A DNA stretch of 64,000 bases, from the NCBI GenBank assembly GCA_944321015.1, contig CALUJS010000006.1:6849-70848 (forward strand). The letters run 5' to 3'. The notes beneath the pieces are model-generated. The model saw nothing but the letters and a program-made list of their open reading frames with translations, was not told the DNA's origin and searched no databases. Position numbers and translations under genes: made by a program. This document shows positions 1 to 11,665 of the stretch, piece after piece. The stretch comes from an uncultured Phocaeicola sp. (GTDB lineage Bacteria > Bacteroidota > Bacteroidia > Bacteroidales > Bacteroidaceae). The stretch's first letter is position 1; the number at the start of each line of letters is the position of its first letter.

Positions 1-2960
1 TCGCAGACGAGCATACATGAAGGTTTCGTCCATTGATTGAACGGGTCGCTACCGATATACTGTCCTTGGGCAACGAAGCGTTGGTATTCGCGGCCGGAAA
101 GCAGTATGATAAGATCTTCGTGCAGCCAACCTCCACCGTTGTGGCGGGAGTCGACTACGATGGCCTCTTTATGGCGATAGCGTCCGAGTATGTCACTATA
201 TGCCTTGCGGAAGCTTTCGCTGTTCATGCCTTGTATGTGAACATACCCCAAGCGCCCGCCGGAGAGACGTTCCACCTCGGCACGGTTGCGTTCTACCCAG
301 CGGTTGTAAAGCACACCGTTCCAAGCTTCGGCATTCAGGCCACGTATGGTCTCCTCAAAGCGCTTTTTCGTATCGGGATTGTATACCGTAAGACGAATCT
401 TACGTCCGGCCTTCCCTTCGAGCAGCGGATAGTAATCGGCTCCGGTCTTGATCTCCTGTCCGTCGATGGCTTCAATTATACATCCGGGGGTTACTTTTGT
501 TTTGATGACGGCCAGCGGGCTCTTGGCTGGTATTTCCTTTATCTTCAGTCCGTCGCCATCATATTCATCATCAAAAAACACTCCCAACGATGCGGTGGGC
601 ATGGCTCCTCCGCGACCGGAATAACGCATGCCCGTGTGTGAAGCGTTCAACTCACCCAGCAGCTCGCTCATCATTTCGGCAAAATCGTAATTGTTGCTGA
701 TGTGGGGAAGGAAGCGCTCGTATATCTTGCGGTATTTGCTCCAATCCACGCCGTGAAGGTCTTTCTTGTAGAATTTATCTTTCACCTGCTGCCAGGCATG
801 TTCGAAGATGTATGCGCGCTCGTCATAGGGCTTGTAGTTGAAGAAGGCTTCAAAGGCAATGGGCGTAGTGCGGCCGGAGTTGATGTCGACTTTGCGCATG
901 CCGCCTCGCCCGCACATGAACACCGCTCCGTTCTTGGTCTGCTCCAAAGAACCGCCTCCGATTCCTTTGGCCAGTATGCGCGTACTTCCGTCTTTCAAAT
1001 CGTGAACCCACAAGTCTTGCGGACCTTCAAAAGAGGCCAGATAATAGAGTTTGCCACCGTCGTTTGACAAGATGGCATCGCCCAAGAAAGAAGAGTTGCC
1101 GGTGAGACGCACCACGCGGTCCTGGCAATTCTCCAAATCAAACGTCAACAGTTTTTCGTTGCTGTCTTGTTTCTTGCCAGCTTTCTTTGCGCGCTTTTTC
1201 CCTTTCTTTTTATCGGCTTCATCCTTGGTCCTGGCTTCCTCGGCTTTTTCCTCGCGCTCGGCTTCTTCAAAAAGAGCCAGGTCTTCTTTGTTCATACGGA
1301 ACTTTTCATACGCTTCGAGGTCGAAAAACATGATATACACGTCGCGTTCGGCACCCCAACTGCCATGACTGCGGTATCCGGCACGATCGCTCTGCCAAAT
1401 CATGGCCTTTCCGTCAAGTACCCATTTTGCATGACCGTCGTTATAGCCGCTTTGTGTCAGATTGTGCATTTCGCCTTTTCCGTCCGCCTTCAGAAGTACG
1501 ACATCTTTATTGTTCCACCCGCCGACACCGATAAAGTCTGACAGAATCCATTTGCTGTCCGGCGACCACTCAAACCACTGATCGCCGTCGGAGTAAGAAT
1601 ACTGATATTTTTTGTCCATGACGGTACGCGTATTGCGTGTTTTCAGATTGATGACACGTATGGCGGTGCGATCTTCCAAAAATGCCACTTCTTTGCCGTC
1701 GGGGCTGTATTGGGGTTGGAAAGAGGTCTTTGTGGAACGAGTCAGGCGCTCTTCTTTTATATTCGTGGCATAGGTAAACATCTTCTCTTCCTTGTCGGCC
1801 AGCGTTGCCTGGTAGATTTGCCAAAGGCCGTCGCGTTCGGAAGCATATACCAGACTACGGCCGTCGGGAGAGAAATCCACGTCGCGTTCCTGCTCAGGAG
1901 TATCGGTGATTTGCTTGGTGGTTTTGTAGTCAACCGAGGTAACATACACATCACCATGAACAATGAAGGCCACCTCCTTGCCATTGGGCGATACCGCCAT
2001 TTCACGCACGCCGTTTTGCAGCACCTGACGAACTACATCGCGGTCGGAACGATCGGCATAAATGCTGATTTTTACTTTTTGAGGGCTTGCGCCGGGCTTC
2101 AGTGTGTAGATTTCTCCGTCAAGTCCATAGCATAGCGTTCCGTTTTTTGCGATGCTGAGGAAACGTACCGGATTGGTGTTGTGGTGTGTGAGTTGTTCGG
2201 ACGAAGCGCTTCCAAGACGGCGGTGATACACGTTGAACGTCCCGTTTTCTTCACTGAGATAATAGAATGACTCACCATCGGGAGCCCAGACCGGATTACG
2301 GTCTTCTCCTTTGAACGAAGTAAGTTTTGCGTATGTCGGATTCTTACCCGGGGTCATCATCCAAATATCTCGCGCAATGGACGATTGATGATGTTTGCGC
2401 CAAGGATCCTCATATCCTTTTTTGTCTTGATAAAGCCATTGTTTCCCGTCGTTGCGGATTGAGATGTTTTCCATGGGCATCGAGGAAATCATTTTCGGAC
2501 GTCCCCCGTTTGTACTCACCTCATACACCTGTGCAAATGTAGACGAGGGAAAACGAACGTCTTCTGCCGACGGCTGGATGGTTGCACTGAAAAGCAGGTG
2601 GTCGGCATCGCGGAACACGATAGGAGTCTCACTGCCGGAGTGTGTGGTCAACCTGCGTGGCTCACCACCTTCTCGCGACACGATAAACACATCAAAACTC
2701 CCCAACCGGTCAGATGCAAAGGCAATGTGTTTGCCATCAGGACTCCACACCGGCGTCGTGTCATAAGCCGGATTCGTGGTAAGCTGCGTAGCGCGTCCTC
2801 CATCAACCGGAACGGTATAAACATCTCCTTTATATGTAAAGGCTATAAGTGTACCATCAGGCGAGATGGCACAATCGCGCATCCATAAAGGAGCATTTTC
2901 TTGCGCCAAAGCCCATCCTCCGATGAGCAGAGCGGCGGCACTAAGAACGATTCGTTTCAT
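1..2960 (-). CDS. Tricorn-protease-like S41 family peptidase (signal peptide, TolB-like beta-propeller repeats, S41 catalytic region); 3' end runs off the left window edge
   Basis: Absent from the ORF track because the frame stays open to position 1. My reverse-strand translation from ATG at 2960 reads MKRIVLSAAALLIGGWALAQENAPLWMRDCAISPDGTLIAFTYKGDVYTVPVDGG...SPDGKHIAFASDR.... 'SPDG' propeller motifs recur. Near the window start it reads VDSRHNGGGW, an S41 D-x-R-x-N-G-G-G type motif. The + strand ORFs from 33 to 2888 are antisense artefacts. Confidence 0.75.
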   Translation of the reverse strand, partial: MKRIVLSAAALLIGGWALAQENAPLWMRDCAISPDGTLIAFTYKGDVYTVPVDGGRATQLTTNPAYDTTPVWSPDGKHIAFASDRLGSFDVFIVSREGGEPRRLTTHSGSETPIVFRDADHLLFSATIQPSAEDVRFPSSTFAQVYEVSTNGGRPKMISSMPMENISIRNDGKQWLYQDKKGYEDPWRKHHQSSIARDIWMMTPGKNPTYAKLTSFKGEDRNPVWAPDGESFYYLSEENGTFNVYHRRLGSASSEQLTHHNTNPVRFLSIAKNGTLCYGLDGEIYTLKPGASPQKVKISIYADRSDRDVVRQVLQNGVREMAVSPNGKEVAFIVHGDVYVTSVDYKTTKQITDTPEQERDVDFSPDGRSLVYASERDGLWQIYQATLADKEEKMFTYATNIKEERLTRSTKTSFQPQYSPDGKEVAFLEDRTAIRVINLKTRNTRTVMDKKYQYSYSDGDQWFEWSPDSKWILSDFIGVGGWNNKDVVLLKADGKGEMHNLTQSGYNDGHAKWVLDGKAMIWQSDRAGYRSHGSWGAERDVYIMFFDLEAYEKFRMNKEDLALFEEAEREEKAEEARTKDEADKKKGKKRAKKAGKKQDSNEKLLTFDLENCQDRVVRLTGNSSFLGDAILSNDGGKLYYLASFEGPQDLWVHDLKDGSTRILAKGIGGGSLEQTKNGAVFMCGRGGMRKVDINSGRTTPIAFEAFFNYKPYDERAYIFEHAWQQVKDKFYKKDLHGVDWSKYRKIYERFLPHISNNYDFAEMMSELLGELNASHTGMRYSGRGGAMPTASLGVFFDDEYDGDGLKIKEIPAKSPLAVIKTKVTPGCIIEAIDGQEIKTGADYYPLLEGKAGRKIRLTVYNPDTKKRFEETIRGLNAEAWNGVLYNRWVERNRAEVERLSGGRLGYVHIQGMNSESFRKAYSDILGRYRHKEAIVVDSRHNGGGWLHEDLIILLSGREYQRFVAQGQYIGSDPFNQWTKPSCMLVC

Positions 2961-3136
2961 TCGATATTGTTTTTAGAAATTAATGATATTACATGTAATT
3001 TTGCCACAAATGTAGCTAAGTTTCCCAATAACAAAGCGCGAATTGCACTATTATTCGCAGGATTCAAGTGTTTTTCCTGTCTTTTTGTGCAATACGCGCT
3101 TTGTCAGCAGCACTATTGGCTGATAACTATATGTTG

Positions 3137-3562
3137 TCAGTCTGCTGTCGATTCGGAATCGTCTGTGGCATCTTCAAACTCAGTCTCTCCGGCTTCCACA
3201 AGGATATTATACCATTGAATGAGTTTACGGATATCTCCTGCGTGCACACGGTCGCGGTCGAAGTTCGGCAATACCTGTGCAAAAAACTCTTGCAGTTCGG
3301 GGAGAGAGGCTTTTTTGTAATCGAGGGTCACAGGCGTGCCTTGTTGTTTCTCCTTGAGCGATGTGAGCACTTTGGCAAGGGGTATATCGTCCTCGTCAGT
3401 ATACATTGAAATATCACCCAATGAAGTTACTTTGTCGGCGGCATATACGGGAAGACGCTTTTTCGTGCTGTCCAAAGTCTCCACGATTAACATGTTTCTG
3501 CCCTGCGACAACAGGCGATAAAGGCCGGGCTTCCCGGCAATGGCTAGAATGGTTCTCAACAT
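3137..3562 (-). CDS. DUF5606-like conserved Bacteroidota protein
   Basis: 141-aa ORF starting MLRTILAIAGKPGLYRLLSQGRNMLIVETL with an acidic C-terminal tail. It resembles the DUF5606 family from memory and has no enzymatic motif. A consensus promoter lies directly upstream. Confidence 0.55.
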   Translation of the reverse strand: MLRTILAIAGKPGLYRLLSQGRNMLIVETLDSTKKRLPVYAADKVTSLGDISMYTDEDDIPLAKVLTSLKEKQQGTPVTLDYKKASLPELQEFFAQVLPNFDRDRVHAGDIRKLIQWYNILVEAGETEFEDATDDSESTAD

Positions 3563-3614
3563 AATCTTGTATTATTTTGTAATTTGTTCACTGTTTCTTT
3601 ATTCAAAAGCGAGG

Positions 3615-3645
3615 CAAAGATACAACGCCGCAGATTGTCGGCAAA
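3615..3645 (-). promoter_or_regulatory. Bacteroides-type sigma-A promoter (-33 TTTG, N19, -7 TATCTTTG) for the DUF5606 gene
   Basis: The minus strand reads TTTG (3645-3642), a 19-nt spacer, then TATCTTTG (3622-3615). This is an exact match to TTTG-N19-21-TAnnTTTG. The -7 box ends 52 nt upstream of the ATG at 3562. Confidence 0.55.
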
Positions 3646-3674
3646 GTTCATTCCTCCAAAATTTGCAAATCAGG

Positions 3675-6515
3675 CTAACTTCGACTCACCTTCAAACCTT
3701 GGTCTGAAAGACGCATTTCGACGAAACGAGCGCATGCGTTCGGTGGTGCCGCCGAAAGTGTAGCTTTGATACGGGCTGCTGCTTCGTCATCTTTGGCCAC
3801 CATGTAGAGAAAGCCTCCCCCACCCGCTCCGGGCAGTTTATAGCCCAGACAATAGTCGCTGATACGTGCAATAATATTCTCTACGGCAGGAGGATTGGTG
3901 CCGGCATCAAGTCGTTTGTTCAGGTTCCATGACTTGCTTACCAGCTGCCCCATCGTTTGGAAGTTGCCACACTGAATGGCTTCAAACATATCCAAGGCAT
4001 GGGCTTTCATTTCCTGGAGTATCTCTAGATGCTCTGTGGAATTGAGGAACATTCCACGTACAATCTCTGCCAATATGTTTTTGGCCGTACGCGTAATTCC
4101 TGTATAATATAGCAAATGACATTGAGCATATTCCGGAGCCGAGAAAAGGAAGTCCGGGAGCCATCTTACTAAAGGCCGTTGTTCAAAGCCGCTGTTGGTC
4201 TGCAGAAGTTTGATACCCTGTAACACACCGCCATATTGGTCCTGCCATCCGCCACCGGTGGTAAGTAATTGTTCCAACACAAGTGTGCGACGTCCGATTT
4301 CATTCTTGTCCCATGCCAAGCCGCAGAAGTCGGCTACCGCACCCAATACCGTAGAGGCAAGAATGGAACTTGTTCCCAGACCCGAGCCCGCCGGTACGGC
4401 CGACAAAAGCGTAACCTCAATGCCACATCCGAACTCACGCAACTGCGCTTCGAGTGAAGGATACTCGTCACGTGAGAAACCGGGCTGAAAGCCTGCCAGC
4501 ACGAGTGCTGCTTTCGGTATGGAGAAAGGTGAGCCTACACAGGTAAAATCTCTAAGTTCAGCGTAAGTATGTACTTCCTCCATTGCTCCCAAATCGATAG
4601 AGCGAAGTACTATTTTCGGTTCCTTACAAGGCTTCACATAAGCCTGAAGCGGAGGCTGACCATTGAGTTCAATGGCCATATTCACCACATTGCCCCCATC
4701 ATTAAGGCAGAATGGAGGAGTATCACTCCATCCTCCTGCAAGGTCTATGCGCACCGGACTTCGTGCCCATACAATTTGGTCTGCATACACAGCCATGTGC
4801 GGCGATTGTTTATCTGCCAACACGGCAGATGTCAAACCATCCCGCAACAAGCTGAAGGCTTGTTTTTCATTAGCACTTCCGTCTTGTCCACACAAACTTA
4901 GATATTGTGAGCGAAACATGTGGTCATGTATACGTGTCATTACCGGAGCCGTATCGGGCAACAGAGCAGGCAATGGTAAGCCATTGGCCACAAACTCTTC
5001 AGCCGCATCTTTTAAATTCAATTGGTAAAAAACACTTTTCTCGTAGTTCTTTGCCAACAGAGGCCAATCATTGGCACGAAACTCCTTGCGCTGTTCCGTT
5101 AACCGGCGTAAATTTGCGTAAGCCGAAATCTCATCGGCCGACAGTTTATGTTTGCTTTGCCAAATGGCTTTCCCTTCAGCATATTCCGGATCACAAATCA
5201 TCCAACGGAATACTTTCCCAAGCTCTTCAACACTATTGCATACGGGAAACAACCGCGCAGATTGCAAATCGTCCCCGCCTTCTATTGATTCGGGAGTTAA
5301 TCCGCGTGCCGACAACCAATGGAGCATGGGGTTACCCATGAAAATGGTTTGCTCGTTATTCAAAGCACCGCGAAAAGCATCATTGAATCCATAACAACGA
5401 GCCACATAATCAGTATCGCCCATTGGCACCACATCAACACATGTACCGGCTGGCAATTCCAATTCCCAGTCATTACGGGGCACGCCCGTAATGATATGCC
5501 GGTGTGCCAATCTCCATGATGGACCAACACAACTATTCTCAATCCACACTTCGGAATTTTCTGCTCCCAGTTTTATTCCTACCAATGCGTTTTGTACAAA
5601 TATGGCAGGGTGAGGCTTCACTTTCAGATGCATGATTTCTCGTTGGTCATGCACCAGATTCTGTACTGCTACCGTGGATGAAAGGAGTTCCCGGCTTGTG
5701 CCATAGTGATAAAATTCGCCACCCGGCAACGGCAAGACAGCCACACTCAGGCTGCGTAATTCGTCATCTTCAATCTTCGGATGGGCGCCTAATGCACAGC
5801 CAAAGTCTGCATACAAATCATAGTATTTCCACTTATCGCCTGTCTTAGAACGTTTGCGAAGCATTTCTACGGCACGATCACTAAGCAACCAAATGCCTAT
5901 ATCCATCAGGAAGAAATGTGTCTGCATCAAATTTCCAAGTTCTTCTACAGACGGCTTCTGCAACATGAAATCCAGGCAATCGGGATTTTGGCGAGACGAC
6001 ACGAAGACTCCATGGTTCTTTGCCAAACTCGGCTCTACCCACAATCCATAACACACGACATCGGCTTCGGGAATCTCCTGTAGAGGTTTCCCACTGCGGA
6101 TATAAACATCGCCACTGGCAATCAACGTATGCAAGGAAGCCGGAGCTTTCTCCATAATCTGGCGATAAAGAGGTAATTGCAAAGACAATAAGTTTTGTTT
6201 CAACCGTTGTCCTTTCGCCCAACGGAAGACGGGAATCGGGGTCAGAATCTTACCTGATGGCGCATAGCCGGGCAAGCGTCGGCTCTGGCCTCCGGCGTGC
6301 AACAATATGCGTTTGTTTTCACTTAGCCATTGTGTGAAAGGCACATCGGGAGCCCACTGTCGATGACACGCCTCCAACAACCATGTAGTACCTCCCCCGG
6401 AGCCTAATTTCTCTCCAACCGGATCTGATGTACAAAACCATTCATTAGGGTCTACTCCTTCTATTTCATGGAAACATTCGACCAGATTCGGTGGCAATGA
6501 TAGTAACTTTTTCAT
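3675..6515 (-). CDS. fkp: Bifunctional L-fucokinase / fucose-1-phosphate guanylyltransferase
   Basis: 946 aa, the size and two-domain layout of Bacteroides Fkp. It has an N-terminal nucleotidyltransferase-like half and a C-terminal GHMP-kinase half with the motif 'VPAGSGLGTSSILAS'. Confidence 0.85.
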   Translation of the reverse strand: MKKLLSLPPNLVECFHEIEGVDPNEWFCTSDPVGEKLGSGGGTTWLLEACHRQWAPDVPFTQWLSENKRILLHAGGQSRRLPGYAPSGKILTPIPVFRWAKGQRLKQNLLSLQLPLYRQIMEKAPASLHTLIASGDVYIRSGKPLQEIPEADVVCYGLWVEPSLAKNHGVFVSSRQNPDCLDFMLQKPSVEELGNLMQTHFFLMDIGIWLLSDRAVEMLRKRSKTGDKWKYYDLYADFGCALGAHPKIEDDELRSLSVAVLPLPGGEFYHYGTSRELLSSTVAVQNLVHDQREIMHLKVKPHPAIFVQNALVGIKLGAENSEVWIENSCVGPSWRLAHRHIITGVPRNDWELELPAGTCVDVVPMGDTDYVARCYGFNDAFRGALNNEQTIFMGNPMLHWLSARGLTPESIEGGDDLQSARLFPVCNSVEELGKVFRWMICDPEYAEGKAIWQSKHKLSADEISAYANLRRLTEQRKEFRANDWPLLAKNYEKSVFYQLNLKDAAEEFVANGLPLPALLPDTAPVMTRIHDHMFRSQYLSLCGQDGSANEKQAFSLLRDGLTSAVLADKQSPHMAVYADQIVWARSPVRIDLAGGWSDTPPFCLNDGGNVVNMAIELNGQPPLQAYVKPCKEPKIVLRSIDLGAMEEVHTYAELRDFTCVGSPFSIPKAALVLAGFQPGFSRDEYPSLEAQLREFGCGIEVTLLSAVPAGSGLGTSSILASTVLGAVADFCGLAWDKNEIGRRTLVLEQLLTTGGGWQDQYGGVLQGIKLLQTNSGFEQRPLVRWLPDFLFSAPEYAQCHLLYYTGITRTAKNILAEIVRGMFLNSTEHLEILQEMKAHALDMFEAIQCGNFQTMGQLVSKSWNLNKRLDAGTNPPAVENIIARISDYCLGYKLPGAGGGGFLYMVAKDDEAAARIKATLSAAPPNACARFVEMRLSDQGLKVSRS

Positions 6516-6553
6516 TATGCGATATTACTATGTGCTTATCCTACAATAAATAT

Positions 6554-7624
6554 TCAATTGCCGGCATCAGTAAACAACTTTATCTTTTGCTCTTCGTTTG
6601 TTTTGCAAATAAGCAATGCGTCGTCTTTCTCTGCCACGATATATCCGTCCAATCCCATGATGACGACTCTTTTTTCCTGAGTCGCGTGTATGATGCAGTT
6701 TCTTGTGTCATACAGTTGTATGTTTTTGCCGATGCAGACATTTTTATTCAAATCCGGCGTCATTTGCTCGTATAAAGCTCCCCAGGTTCCTAAATCGCTC
6801 CAGCCGAAATCGGCGGGGAACACAAATATCTCTTCGGCTTTTTCCAAAATGGCATAGTCTACCGAGATGTTCTCGCAATTCGGGAATTCGCGATTGATGA
6901 CTTCCTGTTCATTCTCTGTATAAAATACGGGACGGATACTTTCAAATATTTTAGCGATGGCCGGGCAATAAATCCGGAAAGCATTCACGATTGTACCAAC
7001 ATTCCATACAAATATGCCTGCATTCCAGAAATAGTTTTTCTGTTCGATATAGCGCTGTGCCGTGTCGGCATCCGGTTTTTCCTTAAATGAATCGACACGA
7101 AAGATTTCCTTATTCGTAGACGATGCTATGCTCAAATCCGTCTCGATATAGCCATAACCGGTTTCCGGCCGTGTCGGCTTCATGCCCAAGGTCAGGATGG
7201 CATCGGTACTTTGAGTGAAATTCATTGCAGAACGAATCACCCGTTGAAACTCCGCCACGTTCATGACAATATGGTCACTGGGAGTAACAACCACGTTGGC
7301 CTTCGGATTGCGCGCCTTGATTTTCCAGCTTACATAGGCTATACAAGGCGCCGTATTCCGACGACACGGTTCTTTCAGGATATTGCTTTCCGGGATGTCC
7401 GGCAATTGCTCTTTGACCAGCCCGGCATATTTATCGGAAGTCACGACCCATACATTTTCAGCCGGACATATATCTTTAAATCTGTCAACCGTCAGCTGAA
7501 GCAAGGTGCGACCGCAGCCAAGCACATCTATAAATTGTTTAGGTTTCTCGGGCGTGCTCATGGGCCAAAAACGGCTTCCCACTCCTCCGGCCATTATCAC
7601 CAAATGATTGTCATTCGTTGTCAT
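6554..7624 (-). CDS. Mannose-1-phosphate guanylyltransferase (GDP-mannose pyrophosphorylase)
   Basis: 356 aa. The N-terminal 'VIMAGGVGSRFWPMS' is a sugar-nucleotidyltransferase signature. It lies 38 bp upstream of fkp on the same strand. Confidence 0.8.
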   Translation of the reverse strand: MTTNDNHLVIMAGGVGSRFWPMSTPEKPKQFIDVLGCGRTLLQLTVDRFKDICPAENVWVVTSDKYAGLVKEQLPDIPESNILKEPCRRNTAPCIAYVSWKIKARNPKANVVVTPSDHIVMNVAEFQRVIRSAMNFTQSTDAILTLGMKPTRPETGYGYIETDLSIASSTNKEIFRVDSFKEKPDADTAQRYIEQKNYFWNAGIFVWNVGTIVNAFRIYCPAIAKIFESIRPVFYTENEQEVINREFPNCENISVDYAILEKAEEIFVFPADFGWSDLGTWGALYEQMTPDLNKNVCIGKNIQLYDTRNCIIHATQEKRVVIMGLDGYIVAEKDDALLICKTNEEQKIKLFTDAGN

Positions 7625-7781
7625 ACTTCCTATCTTAAAATTATAATGCTGGCAAATTTAAGCAATATTTTATGTGACAAAACAGGTTCTCGGCAAAAAA
7701 ATGGAGCGTCATAGTCTGAATAAAGCGCAAAGTCTTGTTTTTTATCTTTGCACAACCGACTGTACGGGAAATACGGATATG

Positions 7782-7828
7782 AAAAAAGAGAGAACGTATC
7801 ATCTCTGACACATTCTCTCTTTTTTTTG
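7782..7828 (-). terminator. Rho-independent terminator downstream of groEL
   Basis: AAAAAAGAGAGAA (7782-7794) pairs with TTCTCTCTTTTTT (7813-7825). On the minus strand the hairpin is followed by a T-run. It starts 23 nt after the groEL stop. Confidence 0.7.
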
Positions 7829-7850
7829 GGTTTTTATTATCGTGAAGATA

Positions 7851-9482
<1,632 letters not shown>

Positions 9483-9517
9483 CTAAAGTTTTTAAGTTTG
9501 TAGATTGTAATTTCATG

Positions 9518-9790
9518 TTATCCGAGAATGGCGAGGATGTCGCTCTGACGCATAATCAGATACTTGGTGCCTTCCAGTTCAAGCTCCGTTCCCGAATATT
9601 TGCCATACAGCACTTCGTCGCCCACTTTTACTACCATTTCCTCATCTTTGGTGCCATTGCCTGTTGCCACTACCTTACCTTGCAAGGGTTTTTCCTTTGC
9701 CGTGTCAGGAATGATGATGCCACCAATGGTCTTTTCTTCTGCAGGTGCCGGAAGAATCAGCACTCTGTCTGCTAATGGTTTTACGTTCAT
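9518..9790 (-). CDS. groS: Co-chaperonin GroES
   Basis: The track ORF is 103 aa. The conserved GroES sequence starts at the internal [12 protein letters not shown] (ATG at 9790), giving 90 aa. It lies 41 bp upstream of groEL. Confidence 0.93.
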   Translation of the reverse strand: MNVKPLADRVLILPAPAEEKTIGGIIIPDTAKEKPLQGKVVATGNGTKDEEMVVKVGDEVLYGKYSGTELELEGTKYLIMRQSDILAILG

Positions 9791-10084
9791 AGTTTTCGTA
9801 TTTTTAAGTTTCTTGTTTGTTTTATTCACTTGCTCCAGCTATCTGTTTCAAGTTGGCACTAGGCTTTAAACGAAAAGCGTGCCAAACCGACAGCGACAGG
9901 CATAATGTCAGCACCAACTGCCATCAGTGACATCTTGACATAACCGTATGGCCGAGAACCGTCCGCCGCCCGACACCACACCGGCTTTTTGAATCATGAT
10001 TGTCAGCCACGGCTCATCACGCTCCCGAATGATTGCGGCAGGGAGTCGGGGCTTTACCTTAATATATAGATATAGAGGGATGAA

Positions 10085-10179
10085 CCGCTGCATATCTCCG
10101 CTCGTGACCGGCCATATCCCCGGAGCCGAGCGTCCATATCCCGCGACGCGAGCCTTCATATTGACGCTCAACCGGGTGA
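10085..10179. repeat. 22-bp-phased ATAT/CGCTC-GAGCG array, locus R1 (4 units)
   Basis: ATAT cores at 10092, 10114, 10136 and 10158, exactly 22 bp apart. Units include atatctccgctcgtgaccggcc and atatccccggagccgagcgtcc. The 15-mer cgagcgtccatatcc is the reverse complement of 21308-21322 in locus R2. The array is intergenic, between divergent groES and hisH. Confidence 0.8.
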
Positions 10180-10252
10180 ATTTTAGCCCCAAGACAGAAT
10201 AATCACAGAAAAGTTTTCGGGTAATAATAGCGCATCTATTCACTTTTCTTTT

Positions 10253-10260
10253 TATTTTTG
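10253..10260 (+). promoter_or_regulatory. Candidate -7 promoter box TATTTTTG upstream of hisH
   Basis: Exact TAnnTTTG match 62 nt upstream of the hisH ATG at 10322. I found no clean -33 TTTG at the expected spacing. Confidence 0.35.
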
Positions 10261-10321
10261 CGACATATATATCGCAATGCGATAACAAAGAAAGCAAAAT
10301 GAAACTCTTATCCCTATGCCT

Positions 10322-10912
10322 ATGAAGGTAGCCATTGTGAAATACAATGCCGGAAACATCTATTCCGTCGACCACGCCCTGAAACGTTTGGGCGTGGAAG
10401 CCAGTGTCACGGCCGATGCGCGGCAATTGCAACAAGCCGACAAGGTAATCTTTCCCGGCGTGGGCGAGGCTGCCACGACAATGGACTATCTGCATCAAAC
10501 CGGTCTGGATGTCGTGATACGTTCGCTCCGCCAACCGGTGCTGGGCATCTGTCTCGGCATGCAGTTGCTTTGTCGCCACACCGAAGAGGGCGACGTGGAC
10601 GGTTTGGGCATATTCGATGTCGACATCAAGAAGTTCCGTCCCGAAACCCCGTCCGACAAGGTCCCCCACATGGGATGGAACACGCTGGAACACACCCGTG
10701 GTCCGCTGTTTGCCGGATTCACCGACAAGGAATTTGTATATTTCGTGCACAGCTATTACGCACCCGTTTGTGCTTATACTGCGGCAGAAACCGACTATAT
10801 CCATCCGTTCAGCGCCGCCCTGCAGAAGGCCAATTTTTATGCCACGCAATTCCATCCTGAAAAGAGCGGCATTGTGGGCGAACGTATTTTGCGGAACTTT
10901 CTAAACCTATAA
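10322..10912 (+). CDS. hisH: Imidazole glycerol phosphate synthase, glutamine amidotransferase subunit
   Basis: Starts MKVAIVKYNAGN. It has the nucleophile-Cys motif 'GICLGMQLL' and 'FVHSYY'. The track ORF starts two codons earlier, at 10316. Confidence 0.93.
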   Translation: MKVAIVKYNAGNIYSVDHALKRLGVEASVTADARQLQQADKVIFPGVGEAATTMDYLHQTGLDVVIRSLRQPVLGICLGMQLLCRHTEEGDVDGLGIFDVDIKKFRPETPSDKVPHMGWNTLEHTRGPLFAGFTDKEFVYFVHSYYAPVCAYTAAETDYIHPFSAALQKANFYATQFHPEKSGIVGERILRNFLNL

Positions 10913-10916
10913 GCCA

Positions 10917-11660
10917 ATGATTGACATTATCCCGGCCATCGACCTTATGGATGGCAAATGTGTTCGTCTCTCACAGGGCGACTATGAAAGCCGGAAGACC
11001 TACTCCGACAACCCGTTGGAAATGGCGAAGGCGTTTGAAGACAACGGCGTGCGCCGTTTACATCTGGTAGATTTGGATGGCGCCAAGTCCAATCACATTG
11101 TCAACCATAAAACATTGGAGAACATTGCCGCCCATACGTCTTTGACCATTGATTTCGGAGGAGGCATCAAGACAACTGCCGACTTGGAGGCCGCATTCGG
11201 CTGCGGTGCCGCCATGGTGACCGTGGGCAGCGTTGCCGCTACCCGTCCGGAAATGTTTATCTCGTGGCTGCAACGCTTCGGCGCGGAACGCATCATCCTG
11301 GGAGCCGATGTCAAAAACGGGCGCATAGCCATCAATGGCTGGCTGGAAGACAGTCAATTGGAGCTATTCCCCTATCTGGAAAACTATCATCGGAAAGGAG
11401 TCTGCCAAGTGTTATGCACCGACATCAGTCGCGACGGCATGTTGCAAGGCCCTTCCGTGGCGCTCTATCGCGACATGATGACACGTATGCCCGGCCTTTA
11501 CCTCATCGCCAGCGGCGGTGTAGGCTCCATCGACGACCTGCACCAGCTCGGGCAGGCGGGCATCCCGGCCGTAGTTGTGGGAAAAGCAATCTACGAAGGA
11601 CGTATTACTCTGGATGACATCAATCGTTTCATCGCCCGCGAAGGCAAAAATCAAGTCTGA
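10917..11660 (+). CDS. hisA: ProFAR isomerase
   Basis: 247 aa starting [23 protein letters not shown], with 'LHLVDLDGA' and 'ASGGVGS'. It lies between hisH and hisF. Confidence 0.93.
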   Translation: MIDIIPAIDLMDGKCVRLSQGDYESRKTYSDNPLEMAKAFEDNGVRRLHLVDLDGAKSNHIVNHKTLENIAAHTSLTIDFGGGIKTTADLEAAFGCGAAMVTVGSVAATRPEMFISWLQRFGAERIILGADVKNGRIAINGWLEDSQLELFPYLENYHRKGVCQVLCTDISRDGMLQGPSVALYRDMMTRMPGLYLIASGGVGSIDDLHQLGQAGIPAVVVGKAIYEGRITLDDINRFIAREGKNQV

Positions 11661-11665
11661 TTAAC

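Noticed and set aside
33-2888. Series of 60-200-aa + strand ORFs at the window start
   Set aside because: All lie antisense to the long open minus-strand frame encoding the tricorn-like peptidase, which the track omits because it is truncated by the window edge.
10085-10179. Possibility that the 22-bp arrays are CRISPR arrays
   Set aside because: The units are directly abutting with no spacers. Arrays have only 2-5 units, the units are degenerate, and no cas genes are present.
9908-10855. 315-aa ORF on the - strand spanning the groES-hisH intergenic region and hisH
   Set aside because: Most of it is antisense to hisH. The remainder is read through repeat array R1, and the translation looks non-protein-like.
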